Shown in pieces: positions 1 through 8,816 of a stretch of DNA of 64,000 nt; the first letter of the stretch is position 1, and every line of letters starts with the position of its first letter. This DNA is from Candidatus Thorarchaeota archaeon (GTDB taxonomy: Archaea > Asgardarchaeota > Thorarchaeia > Thorarchaeales > Thorarchaeaceae), in NCBI GenBank assembly GCA_029855935.1, contig JAGSHN010000012.1:160001-224000 (forward strand), read 5' to 3'. Made by a program: the position numbers and the translations under genes. The notes beneath the pieces were generated by a model. That model was not told the origin of the DNA. It made no database searches and saw only the letters and a list, made by a program, of their open reading frames with translations.

Positions 1-178
1 GCGGCCTCTCTCGTGCCTGCGCGGCGTGTACACTACGGTGCCCTCTCGGCCGCTTTGATGATGAGTGTCGAGGCCGTTGTGCGTTCCCCCCGAGTCACCA
101 CACTCTGGCCGTATAGCCTTTAAGGACGATTCGACTAACGACAGAACTACCGAATTGAGTCAGAGGATGTTGTCAACA

Positions 179-553
179 ATGGGATGCAAGGCTGAAGGTG
201 CTGCACAGGGCCTTACGCTCCTTGGTGCAGCAGTACTGTTTGTCTTTGGGCTCTTTAGCTTGGTGATACCTGGAGCACAGGTGGCAGCGTTCAGCGGCGA
301 CGTGAATGCGGTCATCGACCTTGTTCTGGGAATCACACTGATACTGATGGCCATACTGGGCCTCGACGCATGCGGGTTCGTGAGTTGGAAGATCACCCGA
401 AGCGGTCTTCTGCTGGCCATCTTTGGTTTTGTGTCCATAATCATAGTGGCACGAGGCCTCAATTTCAATCTTCTTAGTTGGCTGATGAACGCCGGAATGC
501 TGGCAGGTCTAATGTTCATCATTGCAGGCATACTCATTCTGACGAAGAGCTGA
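179..553 (+). CDS. small 4-TM membrane protein (paralogue of 2173-2508)
   Basis: Four hydrophobic segments. ATG at 179 preferred over GTG 65 because a TTTAAG box lies at ~119-124. Confidence 0.75.
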   Translation: MGCKAEGAAQGLTLLGAAVLFVFGLFSLVIPGAQVAAFSGDVNAVIDLVLGITLILMAILGLDACGFVSWKITRSGLLLAIFGFVSIIIVARGLNFNLLSWLMNAGMLAGLMFIIAGILILTKS

Positions 554-557
554 GAAC

Positions 558-574
558 GGCCCCTCATAGGGGCC
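558..574 (+). terminator. short GC-rich hairpin after stop codon
   Basis: ggcccct-cat-aggggcc, 7-bp perfect stem starting 5 nt after the TGA. Function inferred only. Confidence 0.25.
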
Positions 575-740
575 ATCCCCCTGCTAGTTTCGTTTCGATA
601 GGCCGCGCCAGAGCACGCTTCTGCTATGTACGGCCAGCGCGGTCACTCCTCTCCAGTACCGAGTTGGCCGACATCGGAAACTAGATTAGCCACATATCTC
701 GCGCAGTCGCTCGACCCGGACCAACGGAGGTACTGTGGTA

Positions 741-2093
741 ATGGACAGCAGGCATTTTGAGATATTTAAGGAACTGGGCTTTGACGATATCACTCCAGAG
801 ACGATGACAAACGAGTACTGGGCGAAGCGCGGCGCGAGGGCACTGGCGCTGACCACTCAGACCCGGGATGTCTATGGCTGCCTTGACCATACGCGCGGTG
901 AGGGCATAACTCTCTACGACGTTGAGGGAACAGAGTATCTTGATATGACTGGCGGCGTTGCAGTCCGCGCGTTCGGGATTCGATATCGCCCGCTGGCCGA
1001 CTTTGAGTCACGAATCAGCGATGTGATTCACGAGTTCCCAGGCATGGACTTCGACGCCATTCCTCAGACCTTGCTTGCGGAGAAGCTTGCATCGATCACC
1101 CCCGGAGACCATCAGAAGCAGGTTGTATTCACGACCTCCGGTGGTCGTGCGGTCGAGGGGTGTATGAAATCGGCGATGGATCTGAGCGGTCGGCATAGGT
1201 TCGTCGCCTTTCGTCCCGCCTTCCACGGTCGCACAGGTTACGCGCTGGCTCTGACAGCCTCCAACTCCAAGCACAAGACAGGATTCCCCCAAGGTGTGGA
1301 TGTTGTCCGCGTGTTCTATCCGTACTGCTACCGCTGCCCCTATGGACAGACCGAGGAGGACTGCAATCTCGAATGTGTGGAGGCGCTGCGCTATGCCCTT
1401 GAGGTCGAGGGGAACGACATCGCTGCCACCGTGATGGAGCCAATCTGCGGTGAGGGCGGAATCATTGTACCGCCATCCAAGGCGGTCAAGGGAATGTACG
1501 AGGTGACAAAGGAGTTTGGCGGCTACTTTGTGTCTGATGAGGTCCAGGCTGGGATGGGCCGCACCGGGAAGTGGTGCGCGATAGAGAATCACAGTGTCGT
1601 GCCTGACTACGTGTCGATGGCCAAGGCCCTCGGCGGAGGTTATCCTCTTGGTGCGTCAATCGGGCCAGCACCTATGTATACAGGTCCGTCACGTCACTCG
1701 GAGACCTTCTCTGCTGAGCCAAGAATGGCGTTGATTGCCCTCTGGGTCCTGCGCCACATCGAGGAGGGCGACTTCCTCAGGAAGAACCGCGAGAACGGTG
1801 AGTATCTACTCCGGCGCCTTGAGGAGCTCGTGGAGAAGCATGAGGTCGTTGGCGATGCCCGCGGAATCGGTCTGATGGCTGGCATCGAGATTGTCAAGAG
1901 CAAGAGGGGGAAGGAGAAGGCCCCCAAGCTCCGGGACCGGATAATAAAGCATCTTGTGTCTAAGGAGCACCTCTGGGTGCTTGGAGCGGGGCAGAATGTA
2001 ATCCGCTTCACGCCGAGCTATGTCATCACGCCGGAGGAGATTGACGACGCGGTAGATCGTCTTGACCGGGCCATAGGTGCAGTGACAGAATAG
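741..2093 (+). CDS. class III PLP-dependent aminotransferase (4-aminobutyrate/acetylornithine aminotransferase family)
   Basis: G-x-x-L-Y-D-x-E-G-x-E-Y-L-D start, AFHGRT, EPICGEGG, SDEVQAGMGRTG, MAKALGGG (PLP lysine). Confidence 0.92.
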   Translation: MDSRHFEIFKELGFDDITPETMTNEYWAKRGARALALTTQTRDVYGCLDHTRGEGITLYDVEGTEYLDMTGGVAVRAFGIRYRPLADFESRISDVIHEFPGMDFDAIPQTLLAEKLASITPGDHQKQVVFTTSGGRAVEGCMKSAMDLSGRHRFVAFRPAFHGRTGYALALTASNSKHKTGFPQGVDVVRVFYPYCYRCPYGQTEEDCNLECVEALRYALEVEGNDIAATVMEPICGEGGIIVPPSKAVKGMYEVTKEFGGYFVSDEVQAGMGRTGKWCAIENHSVVPDYVSMAKALGGGYPLGASIGPAPMYTGPSRHSETFSAEPRMALIALWVLRHIEEGDFLRKNRENGEYLLRRLEELVEKHEVVGDARGIGLMAGIEIVKSKRGKEKAPKLRDRIIKHLVSKEHLWVLGAGQNVIRFTPSYVITPEEIDDAVDRLDRAIGAVTE

Positions 2094-2110
2094 GAATAAA
2101 GAGTGGGGAC

Positions 2111-2150
2111 GAGACGTGTTCCTGGCACGTATGCCGCTGGGACACGTCTC
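2111..2150. terminator. inverted repeat between convergent genes
   Basis: gagacgtgt (2111-2119) ... acacgtctc (2142-2150), with an inner ggca/tgcc stem, between the stops at 2093 and 2173. Confidence 0.3.
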
Positions 2151-2172
2151 TCTGAACGTCCTCTGTACTCGA

Positions 2173-2508
2173 CTATAGCAGTAGTATGATTCCGCCGATG
2201 AGGACGAGAAGTCCTCCAAGGCCCGCACCGATGACCATCAACACGATACCGAGGATGATCATCACGACTCCGTTGTTCTCCAGCTTCAGTGCTGGAATAT
2301 CAACTACTCCACTCGTGGCAAGTACAATCAGTGCGACAACTATCTGTACAATACCAACGACGATACCGCCCAGTGGACCGATGACGTTGAACCAACTGAG
2401 GTAGCCAGATACCCAGTTGATAGCGGTCAGTATTCCTGTCAGAAGTGCTATTATGCCACCGATGACAATCAGAAGGTCAGCTGCCTTCTTGTTGGAAGCT
2501 TTCGACAT
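2173..2508 (-). CDS. small Gly-rich 4-TM membrane protein
   Basis: Four hydrophobic GxxxG-rich helices. Upstream TATA-like box at ~2563. Confidence 0.8.
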   Translation of the reverse strand: MSKASNKKAADLLIVIGGIIALLTGILTAINWVSGYLSWFNVIGPLGGIVVGIVQIVVALIVLATSGVVDIPALKLENNGVVMIILGIVLMVIGAGLGGLLVLIGGIILLL

Positions 2509-2842
2509 ATGTCTTCCACTCTCCTCTAAAGAGAATTTGCGAAAATTAGCACGCCGCCTTTGTTATATCTCTTGCTGTAAGAGGGGGCCTTCTTCTGAAG
2601 TTCTCTGAAGATGAAACAGAGGGTGAGTGGAGCGGTGTCGGGGCGGAGATGTCAGTACCACATCCCCCATGACCAGTTCTTGTTGTCAATCTCTCATGCG
2701 CCTACTGTAGTAGGTCCATTGACTGTGTCCCTGACCGAACTTGCCCGCTTGTTCGTTTGCCTGACGCTAATCCTTATAGGGTTCTATGTTGCTCCTCTGT
2801 CAGAACACAAAAGGAGGTAAGAAGCGCGATGGCAATAACCGA

Positions 2843-3087
2843 ATGGGGGAATCACGTTTGTCCGAAGATCCTTCCTAGCGCTGCCTCCCTCCGCGAAGTT
2901 CGTCTACGTTCTTCTTAAGGCGCGACAGCGCATGTCGCGTCAGGAGCTGATTGATGAGTCGTTCCTGCCTCCCCGGACTGTCAATTATGGCCTCAGTAGG
3001 CTCAAGGAGCTGGGTCTGGTGAGAGAGGAGTCTCACGCGGAGGACTTGCGGAAGGTCGTCTACGAGCTGACGGAGGCTCCCTTCTAG
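2843..3087 (+). pseudogene. MarR-type winged-helix regulator, 5' end apparently frameshifted (not in ORF track)
   Basis: Frame from 2851 reads ITFVRRSFLALPPSAKFVYVLLKARQRMSRQELIDESFLPPRTVNYGLSRLKELGLVREESHAEDLRKVVYELTEAPF*. This matches the archaeal LPPSAK..TV.Y.L.RL...D.R...Y wHTH pattern. There is no in-frame ATG/GTG/TTG before the domain; ATG 2843 is out of frame. Confidence 0.65.
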
Positions 3088-3279
3088 CGACGCCGAGATA
3101 GATGTGTGGATGCCGGGCCCAGCTGTGTCCGGTGTCCTCTCCCTCATCCCCGACGGACAGTCAGAAAGGTCTCGATAGTTGATGTGTGAAGAGCGTGATG
3201 GTCTCGGAGTGCATCCAAAAGCCTCATAATGGGTGGGTCGTGGGCTGTCACATCATCGACTTGAGACGAGGCTGTATCG

Positions 3280-4638
3280 ATGGACTTCTACCAAGCGGCA
3301 GGCGTTGAGCCCATTGGCAATCTCCGAAGGACGCATTTGTCAAGCCAGATAACGAACGACTTGGTTGGCCAGACCGTAGTCCTGATGGGCTGGGTTCACA
3401 TCCTACGCGACAAGGGCCGGATCAAGTTTCTCATCCTGAGAGATGAGGGAGGCACGGTCCAGATCACAATTCCGAAGAAGAAGGTGTCTGAGGAGGTCTT
3501 TGATATCTCCGGCCGACTCAAGCCAGAGGCCGTTGTGGCAGTTGAGGGTGAGGTGGTAGAGGCCCCACAGTCAAAGACGGGTGTGGAGGTCATCCCGCAT
3601 TCCATTCACATCCTCAACACTTCTGAGCCTCTGCCCATTGACGTCGTGGAGGGAAAGGTGTCCATAGAGCTTGACACTCGTCTCAATTATCGTATCTTGG
3701 ACCTTCGCAAGCCGACGGTCAATGCAATCTTTCGCATCCAACACTCTCTTGTCCGCTTCTCACGGGAGTTCCTTGAGAGCAACGGCTTTGTCGAGATACA
3801 CACTCCCAAGATTGTGGCTGAGGCGACAGAGGGAGGGGCTAACCTGTTCGAGATACAGTACTTCGAGCGAAAGGCGTTCCTCGCGCAGAGTCCCCAGTTC
3901 TACAAGCAGCTGATGCTGCTGGCTGGCTTTGGCCGCGTCTTTGAGATAGCCCCCGTGTTCCGCGCGGAGAAACATAATACTCGTCGTCACATCAACGAGT
4001 ACACGTCCTTCGATTTCGAGATGGCATGGATTGGAGGTGTGGAGGATGTCATGCAGATGGAGGAGCAGATGCTGAGCTACGCCTTTGCCAAGACCTTGGA
4101 GGCATCAGAGCGGGAGCTCAAACTACTGGGTGTCGATCTCAAGGTTCCGAAGACACCCTTCCCTCGAATCAAGTATGCTGAGGTCATAGACCTGCTCAAC
4201 TCCGAGGGCAAGGAGATCTCCATTCACGACGACCTCGACCCGGAGAGCGAGAGGATGTTGGGAGAGATATTCCCTGAGAAGTTCGGCACCGACTTGGTGT
4301 TCATCACACACTATCCTCTGGAGCTCCGACCAGCGTACACGATGCCGAGCCTGACGGACGAGGGGATGACAGAGAGCTTCGACCTGACCTACAAGGGAAT
4401 GGAGATCACCACCGGCGGGCAGAGAATACATCTCTACGACCTGCTCGTGGAGCGTTTCAAGGCAAAGGGCTTCAACCCCGACCACTTCCGCTTCTACCTC
4501 GACCCGTTCAGGTATGGTGCGCCACCACACGGGGGTCTTGGTCTCGGTGTGGAACGCCTGACGATGCAGCTGCTTGGTCTGGAGAACATCCGTGAGGCCG
4601 CGCTGCTGCCTCGTGACCGCGACCGACTCACCCCATAA
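3280..4638 (+). CDS. aspS: aspartate--tRNA ligase, archaeal type
   Basis: OB-fold [50 protein letters not shown]. Confidence 0.96.
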   Translation: MDFYQAAGVEPIGNLRRTHLSSQITNDLVGQTVVLMGWVHILRDKGRIKFLILRDEGGTVQITIPKKKVSEEVFDISGRLKPEAVVAVEGEVVEAPQSKTGVEVIPHSIHILNTSEPLPIDVVEGKVSIELDTRLNYRILDLRKPTVNAIFRIQHSLVRFSREFLESNGFVEIHTPKIVAEATEGGANLFEIQYFERKAFLAQSPQFYKQLMLLAGFGRVFEIAPVFRAEKHNTRRHINEYTSFDFEMAWIGGVEDVMQMEEQMLSYAFAKTLEASERELKLLGVDLKVPKTPFPRIKYAEVIDLLNSEGKEISIHDDLDPESERMLGEIFPEKFGTDLVFITHYPLELRPAYTMPSLTDEGMTESFDLTYKGMEITTGGQRIHLYDLLVERFKAKGFNPDHFRFYLDPFRYGAPPHGGLGLGVERLTMQLLGLENIREAALLPRDRDRLTP

Positions 4639-4729
4639 CCAGGGGCAACGTAATACTACGCCTTAAAGGAGCCGCTACGTAGTCGGTGACTGGTCAGCAG
4701 GTGTTGGCAGTAGCGTAGAGGTTTTGAAC

Positions 4730-5509
4730 ATGAGTGATGCTTTCCAGTCCGAAGTGTATGCCTCCATTGCCACACTGGACCAGCTCAAGCGTCTCTACGA
4801 CCTCGGCGATATCGATGTCCGCTTCTTCGAGCGTGAGTCGCGAGCATTGATCAACGAGGTTCAGCGTGGTCTCGAACAGATGAAGCGTCTTGGGCTGGAT
4901 GTGCAGGCCTTTCTGACAGACTGGAGCATACACCAGCGTTTTCCGGAGGCTGCGAATCTACTCGGACTGGTCCCTGCGCAGCCGGCAGGCCCGACGTGGA
5001 CGGCGGGCCAGTGGGCATCGAAAGAGGAGTTCTATGACTACCTAGGTCTGCTTGTTCTTGATGTGGCGACCAAACATTCCTCAAAGGGTCTGATCGGTCT
5101 GGCTGAGATGATAGTCGAGGTGCTCCGCAGCCTGCCTAATCCCCAGGTGGCCAAGTTCACTGACGTCATCGAGGCCGTCAACCGCGTTTCGGGGGCTGGA
5201 CTGATTCCCGGTATCCGTACGCTGAAGGGTGGTGTCAAGGTTGTCGAGCTCCGCCCCCTTGAGCTGAGACGTGATCAGGCCGATGTCATCAATCTCGCGG
5301 CGGGCAAGGGCTACGTTTCTCTTGAAGAGGTGATGATGAACCTCGGTTGGTCCGAGGATCACGCACGACGCGTCCTGGCCAGTCTTGTAGAAGCCGGGAT
5401 AGCGGTCGTGAGCCTGAAGTATAGCACAGGTGGCAGATACTATTTCCCCGGGCTCCGTCCGATGGAACAGGATGGTGGCCCGGACGGCAGTCCTACAGTC
5501 TCAGAGTGA
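4730..5509 (+). CDS. Vps28-N-like / ESCRT-II Vps22-Vps36 (EAP30) winged-helix fusion protein
   Basis: C-terminal EEFYDYLG..V..V...GLI.L...DV..AV..V....PLEL..DQ..V..LA..KGYVS..E....LGW...A...L..LV..G.A........YYFPGL matches EAP30/Vps22. The N-terminal ~80 aa resemble the Vps28 N-domain. Confidence 0.85.
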   Translation: MSDAFQSEVYASIATLDQLKRLYDLGDIDVRFFERESRALINEVQRGLEQMKRLGLDVQAFLTDWSIHQRFPEAANLLGLVPAQPAGPTWTAGQWASKEEFYDYLGLLVLDVATKHSSKGLIGLAEMIVEVLRSLPNPQVAKFTDVIEAVNRVSGAGLIPGIRTLKGGVKVVELRPLELRRDQADVINLAAGKGYVSLEEVMMNLGWSEDHARRVLASLVEAGIAVVSLKYSTGGRYYFPGLRPMEQDGGPDGSPTVSE

Positions 5510-6179
5510 TGGCATGGCGTTTCTTGTCAAGCCACTCGGCCAGTCCGTCCTCCACCAGGATTTGGAGAGCCCTGTGCAGCTCCTCCTCGGGCAGAGATGA
5601 GAAGGTTTCCTCTGGACACTGAATGACAAGGGTCTTGACATCAATCTGCCGTTCCCCTCGCCTCAGTGCCCATGCGTAGATGACCTCGGCCCACTCCTGC
5701 ACGGAGCGCCAGTATACCCTCAGCCTCCTCTTCTCCTCGTCCATCCACTCTGCGACTCCCTGCCCAACCAACCAGTCCCCAATCAGTCTGAATGCCTCAA
5801 TCTTTCCGTGAATCTCGCCGAACTCTCTCTCTATGATGAAATCGCCAAGCGAAACAACATGGGCACCCTGATGCCTCGCCCAGTCGAGCAGATACTCTCC
5901 CCACTCTGCTGTCCATCTTTCCCTTGCCGCGTCATTCTCTGGAACTGTATACATCCACACGGCGGCGCGCGAGCCACCCCATGGAGGCGGTGGTCCTCTC
6001 TCCCTCTGGGCCACGGTGACTGCCTGCGTCCGCACTCTCGCTGAATCCCTCGTCCTGTCGTGGCGTATCGCACCGGAGATTGGGAGCGGCTGACCTCTCG
6101 CTGTTTCCGTAGCTGGTACAGTGTCCCGCTGTTCCCCGGTTCGTTTCTCCCGCTGTTTCCGTTGTTCTCTCACAGCCAC
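5493..6179 (-). CDS. vps25: ESCRT-II subunit Vps25 homologue
   Basis: MYT.P....R..W...W...L..W, LV..G.AEW.D......V.WRS..EWA..IY.WA, F..L..E.L..AL..L...G.A: the tandem WH signature of Vps25. Gene lies immediately downstream of vps4. Confidence 0.88.
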   Translation of the reverse strand: MAVREQRKQREKRTGEQRDTVPATETARGQPLPISGAIRHDRTRDSARVRTQAVTVAQRERGPPPPWGGSRAAVWMYTVPENDAARERWTAEWGEYLLDWARHQGAHVVSLGDFIIEREFGEIHGKIEAFRLIGDWLVGQGVAEWMDEEKRRLRVYWRSVQEWAEVIYAWALRRGERQIDVKTLVIQCPEETFSSLPEEELHRALQILVEDGLAEWLDKKRHAITLRL

Positions 6180-6181
6180 GG

Positions 6182-7381
6182 CTACGGTGCCTCCGCCCAG
6201 CTGACGTACCTGCTTATGTCATTGGCTCTGATGGCTGGCCTCGTCAGGTCGATGGCGTACAGAAAGTCGTCCATACTCACAGGACGCAATACGGGGGTCA
6301 GACCATCACTCGAGAGCTGTCCGGTTCGCTGAAGTTCTCTGATCGGCTCCATTGCAGCCTCCCTGCATATCACGCTGATGTCCCTCCCGCTGTAGCCCTC
6401 GGTCAGGTCGGCAAGATCGCGGAAGCTCACATCTGCAGCGACTTCGACATCACGCATATGGACCCTGAAGATCATCTCCCGGGCATTCAGGTCCGGTAGA
6501 GGCACCAGTATCCGCTTCTCGAATCTGGACAGCAAGGCAAAGTCGAGTTCCCAAGGTAGATTTGTGGCCGCTATCACTGTGACTCGTTCTTCCGGTCTGC
6601 TGTTCAGGCCCTGGAGCTCGGTGAGGAGTTGAGTCTTCAATCGACGTTCTCCTCCGACATCGTCTGAGGAGCGCAGGCTACCGATGGAGTCTATCTCGTC
6701 GACGAAGATGATGGACGGCTGTCTCTCCCGGGCCATTGCGAAGAGAAGGTGGACGAGCCGCTCTGACTCCCCCAACCATTTGCTCACAATATTGGCTGCG
6801 GATACGTTGAAGAAGGTGGCGTTGATCTCTGCGGCTACCGCCTTGGCAATCATGGTCTTTCCGCAACCAGATGGACCATAGAGCAGGATGCCCCTCCACG
6901 GCTGTCTGGCCCGTCCTCGAAATAGCCCCGGATACCTCATTGGGACAATGACTGCGTCGTTGATTGCCTGTTTCGCCATCTCAAGACCCGCCACATCTGT
7001 GAGCCGGACGTTCGGTCTCTCCGTCACCATGGTGTCCTCAAGGGCCTCCATGAGATTGCGAGTTTCTGCAGAATCGGTTGCGAGTTCAGACCGTGGTGAG
7101 GCTGGCGAGACTGGCATGTCCGACGAGCTGGTGGGCCGTGGTCTCCGGGCGCGATGTTCGACAGTCACTCCCGACAGCTGCTTGACTCGCTGTATGCACT
7201 CCTCTGCGCGCCTGTAGTAGTAGTCTCTGACAGAGGGAATGCTTGTAGACCTAGACAGCTGCACGAGGACCCTGCTGGCCTGCAGATATGCCTGACAGGC
7301 CTCTCTTGCGAGGTTCTTCTGGTCCAGCTGTATGGCACGGCCGAGCAGCTCTCTCAGACCGCGGTCTATTCTGTCTGACAT
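6182..7381 (-). CDS. vps4: Vps4/CdvC AAA+ ATPase with N-terminal MIT domain
   Basis: MIT (RA..LD.....EA...Y), PNV...DVAGLE.AK, PWRGILLYGPSGCGKT, SKWLGESERLV, IIFVDEIDS, AATNLPWELD, RFEKRI.VPLPD, TEGYSG.DI. Confidence 0.95.
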   Translation of the reverse strand: MSDRIDRGLRELLGRAIQLDQKNLAREACQAYLQASRVLVQLSRSTSIPSVRDYYYRRAEECIQRVKQLSGVTVEHRARRPRPTSSSDMPVSPASPRSELATDSAETRNLMEALEDTMVTERPNVRLTDVAGLEMAKQAINDAVIVPMRYPGLFRGRARQPWRGILLYGPSGCGKTMIAKAVAAEINATFFNVSAANIVSKWLGESERLVHLLFAMARERQPSIIFVDEIDSIGSLRSSDDVGGERRLKTQLLTELQGLNSRPEERVTVIAATNLPWELDFALLSRFEKRILVPLPDLNAREMIFRVHMRDVEVAADVSFRDLADLTEGYSGRDISVICREAAMEPIRELQRTGQLSSDGLTPVLRPVSMDDFLYAIDLTRPAIRANDISRYVSWAEAP

Positions 7382-7464
7382 AGGTACCCTCTACTGGTGA
7401 GTCAGAGTGGGATTAAGAACCTCTGTGACTGCTCGGTATTACGTGCCTATGCGTTCCTACTTGT

Positions 7465-8814
7465 TCAGCCGGACGTGATCTGTGCCTGCTCTACTACGAT
7501 GGAGGGTGTGATTGCCTCAGAGGTCCTCCTCACATCCCCTCCGACGAGGATCACTCGTCTGAGCAGGTCGAGCATGTTTATTCCGATGAGAGTACTCTTC
7601 ACAGGGTACCGAATCTCTCCATTCTCGAAATAGTATCCCTCCATCACAAGTGCGCTGAGGTCGCCTGTCGTCATATTCGGTCTGTCGCCCGTGTCGCGAC
7701 AGAGTATACCGCGACCCACCTCTTCAACCAGATCCATCAGCCCGCCTCTTCCCGGTTGGACTATGAGATTACTTGGAGCAATCCTTGGAGGGCTGGAGTA
7801 GGAGGATCGGCTTGCGTGAGCGGTGTTCTCAACTTGATCCTTCTGTGCAGTGTACGAGTTGTGCAGTAGACTCTTTAGTACTCCCTGCTCAAGTAGCATT
7901 ATTCTCCTCGACGGAACCCCCTCTCCGTCGAACGGTCTTGAGCTGACCTCTCCAGGGCTCAGCGCATCATCTACTATAGTCAGGTGTTCAGAGGCTATCT
8001 GCTGTCCGAGGGCATCGGCGACGTACGACCGGCCGAACTGAACCTCCTCAGCGTTGACCGCTCCACCGAACCCGCCGCCAAGTACCGAGCCGACAGCTAT
8101 CGGCCCGAATACCACCGGCATCTTGTCGTTCTCAATTCTTCTGCCTCCGAGGTTTGCGATGACCGCAGCGGCCGCCTCTCTACCGACCTTCTCAGGGTCG
8201 AACTCGCGCAATGCTCGCGCCAGCTCATATTCAGAGCTCGATGTCTGTTCATCCTCTGTCTTGATGGTCGGAGCCGAGTAGATGTATCCGGTAGTCCCCT
8301 CGTAGTATGCCTCGATGCCCAACGAATTCACGATGCCAGCGCCCCCACGCGAGGTCCGCATCTGTGCCTCAATTGCATACTTGTAGTCTGACAAGCTCTC
8401 TTTGGTCGCGTCGACCATCCTTGTGACAATGTCGGCGGCCTCTTCGGAGCTGAGGTTGGCCATCGCCCGGTCGTAGAGTCTCTCAACAACTGGATATCCA
8501 CCGCTCGCCGAGGGGAGCGATCCAAAATCGGGGTCGGGGACAGAGACATGTGCGAGCGAGATGGCTCTCTCGACAGCGGCCCTGACGTCCTCCTCTCGGA
8601 TGGTCGTGACGTATGCAAAGCCGATTCTACTATCAATGACACACCTTATTCCACAGCCACTGTCACACCTCTCTGCAGCGCTCTTGATTGAGTTGTTCTC
8701 CACCTCAATTGTGAACGAGCGAGTGCTCGCCACAAAGGCCTCGGCCTGCTCGGCGCCTTGTCTCTCAGCGTGTCTGACCGCTATCTCAGCGATACCAAGT
8801 ATCTCTTCCCGCAC
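7465..8814 (-). CDS. pmbA: PmbA/TldE family protein (non-catalytic TldD partner)
   Basis: GA..AE.F, G.GIR, SRPFDGEGVP, L.E.GVL...LH..YTA, TGD.S. No HExxxH motif. GTG start at 8814 just after the tldD stop. Confidence 0.9.
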   Translation of the reverse strand: MREEILGIAEIAVRHAERQGAEQAEAFVASTRSFTIEVENNSIKSAAERCDSGCGIRCVIDSRIGFAYVTTIREEDVRAAVERAISLAHVSVPDPDFGSLPSASGGYPVVERLYDRAMANLSSEEAADIVTRMVDATKESLSDYKYAIEAQMRTSRGGAGIVNSLGIEAYYEGTTGYIYSAPTIKTEDEQTSSSEYELARALREFDPEKVGREAAAAVIANLGGRRIENDKMPVVFGPIAVGSVLGGGFGGAVNAEEVQFGRSYVADALGQQIASEHLTIVDDALSPGEVSSRPFDGEGVPSRRIMLLEQGVLKSLLHNSYTAQKDQVENTAHASRSSYSSPPRIAPSNLIVQPGRGGLMDLVEEVGRGILCRDTGDRPNMTTGDLSALVMEGYYFENGEIRYPVKSTLIGINMLDLLRRVILVGGDVRRTSEAITPSIVVEQAQITSG

Positions 8815-8816
8815 CT

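Noticed and set aside
2611-2820. 69-aa ORF with one hydrophobic stretch
   Set aside because: No recognisable family, and it lies in a probable divergent promoter region. It cannot be supported, though it is not excluded.
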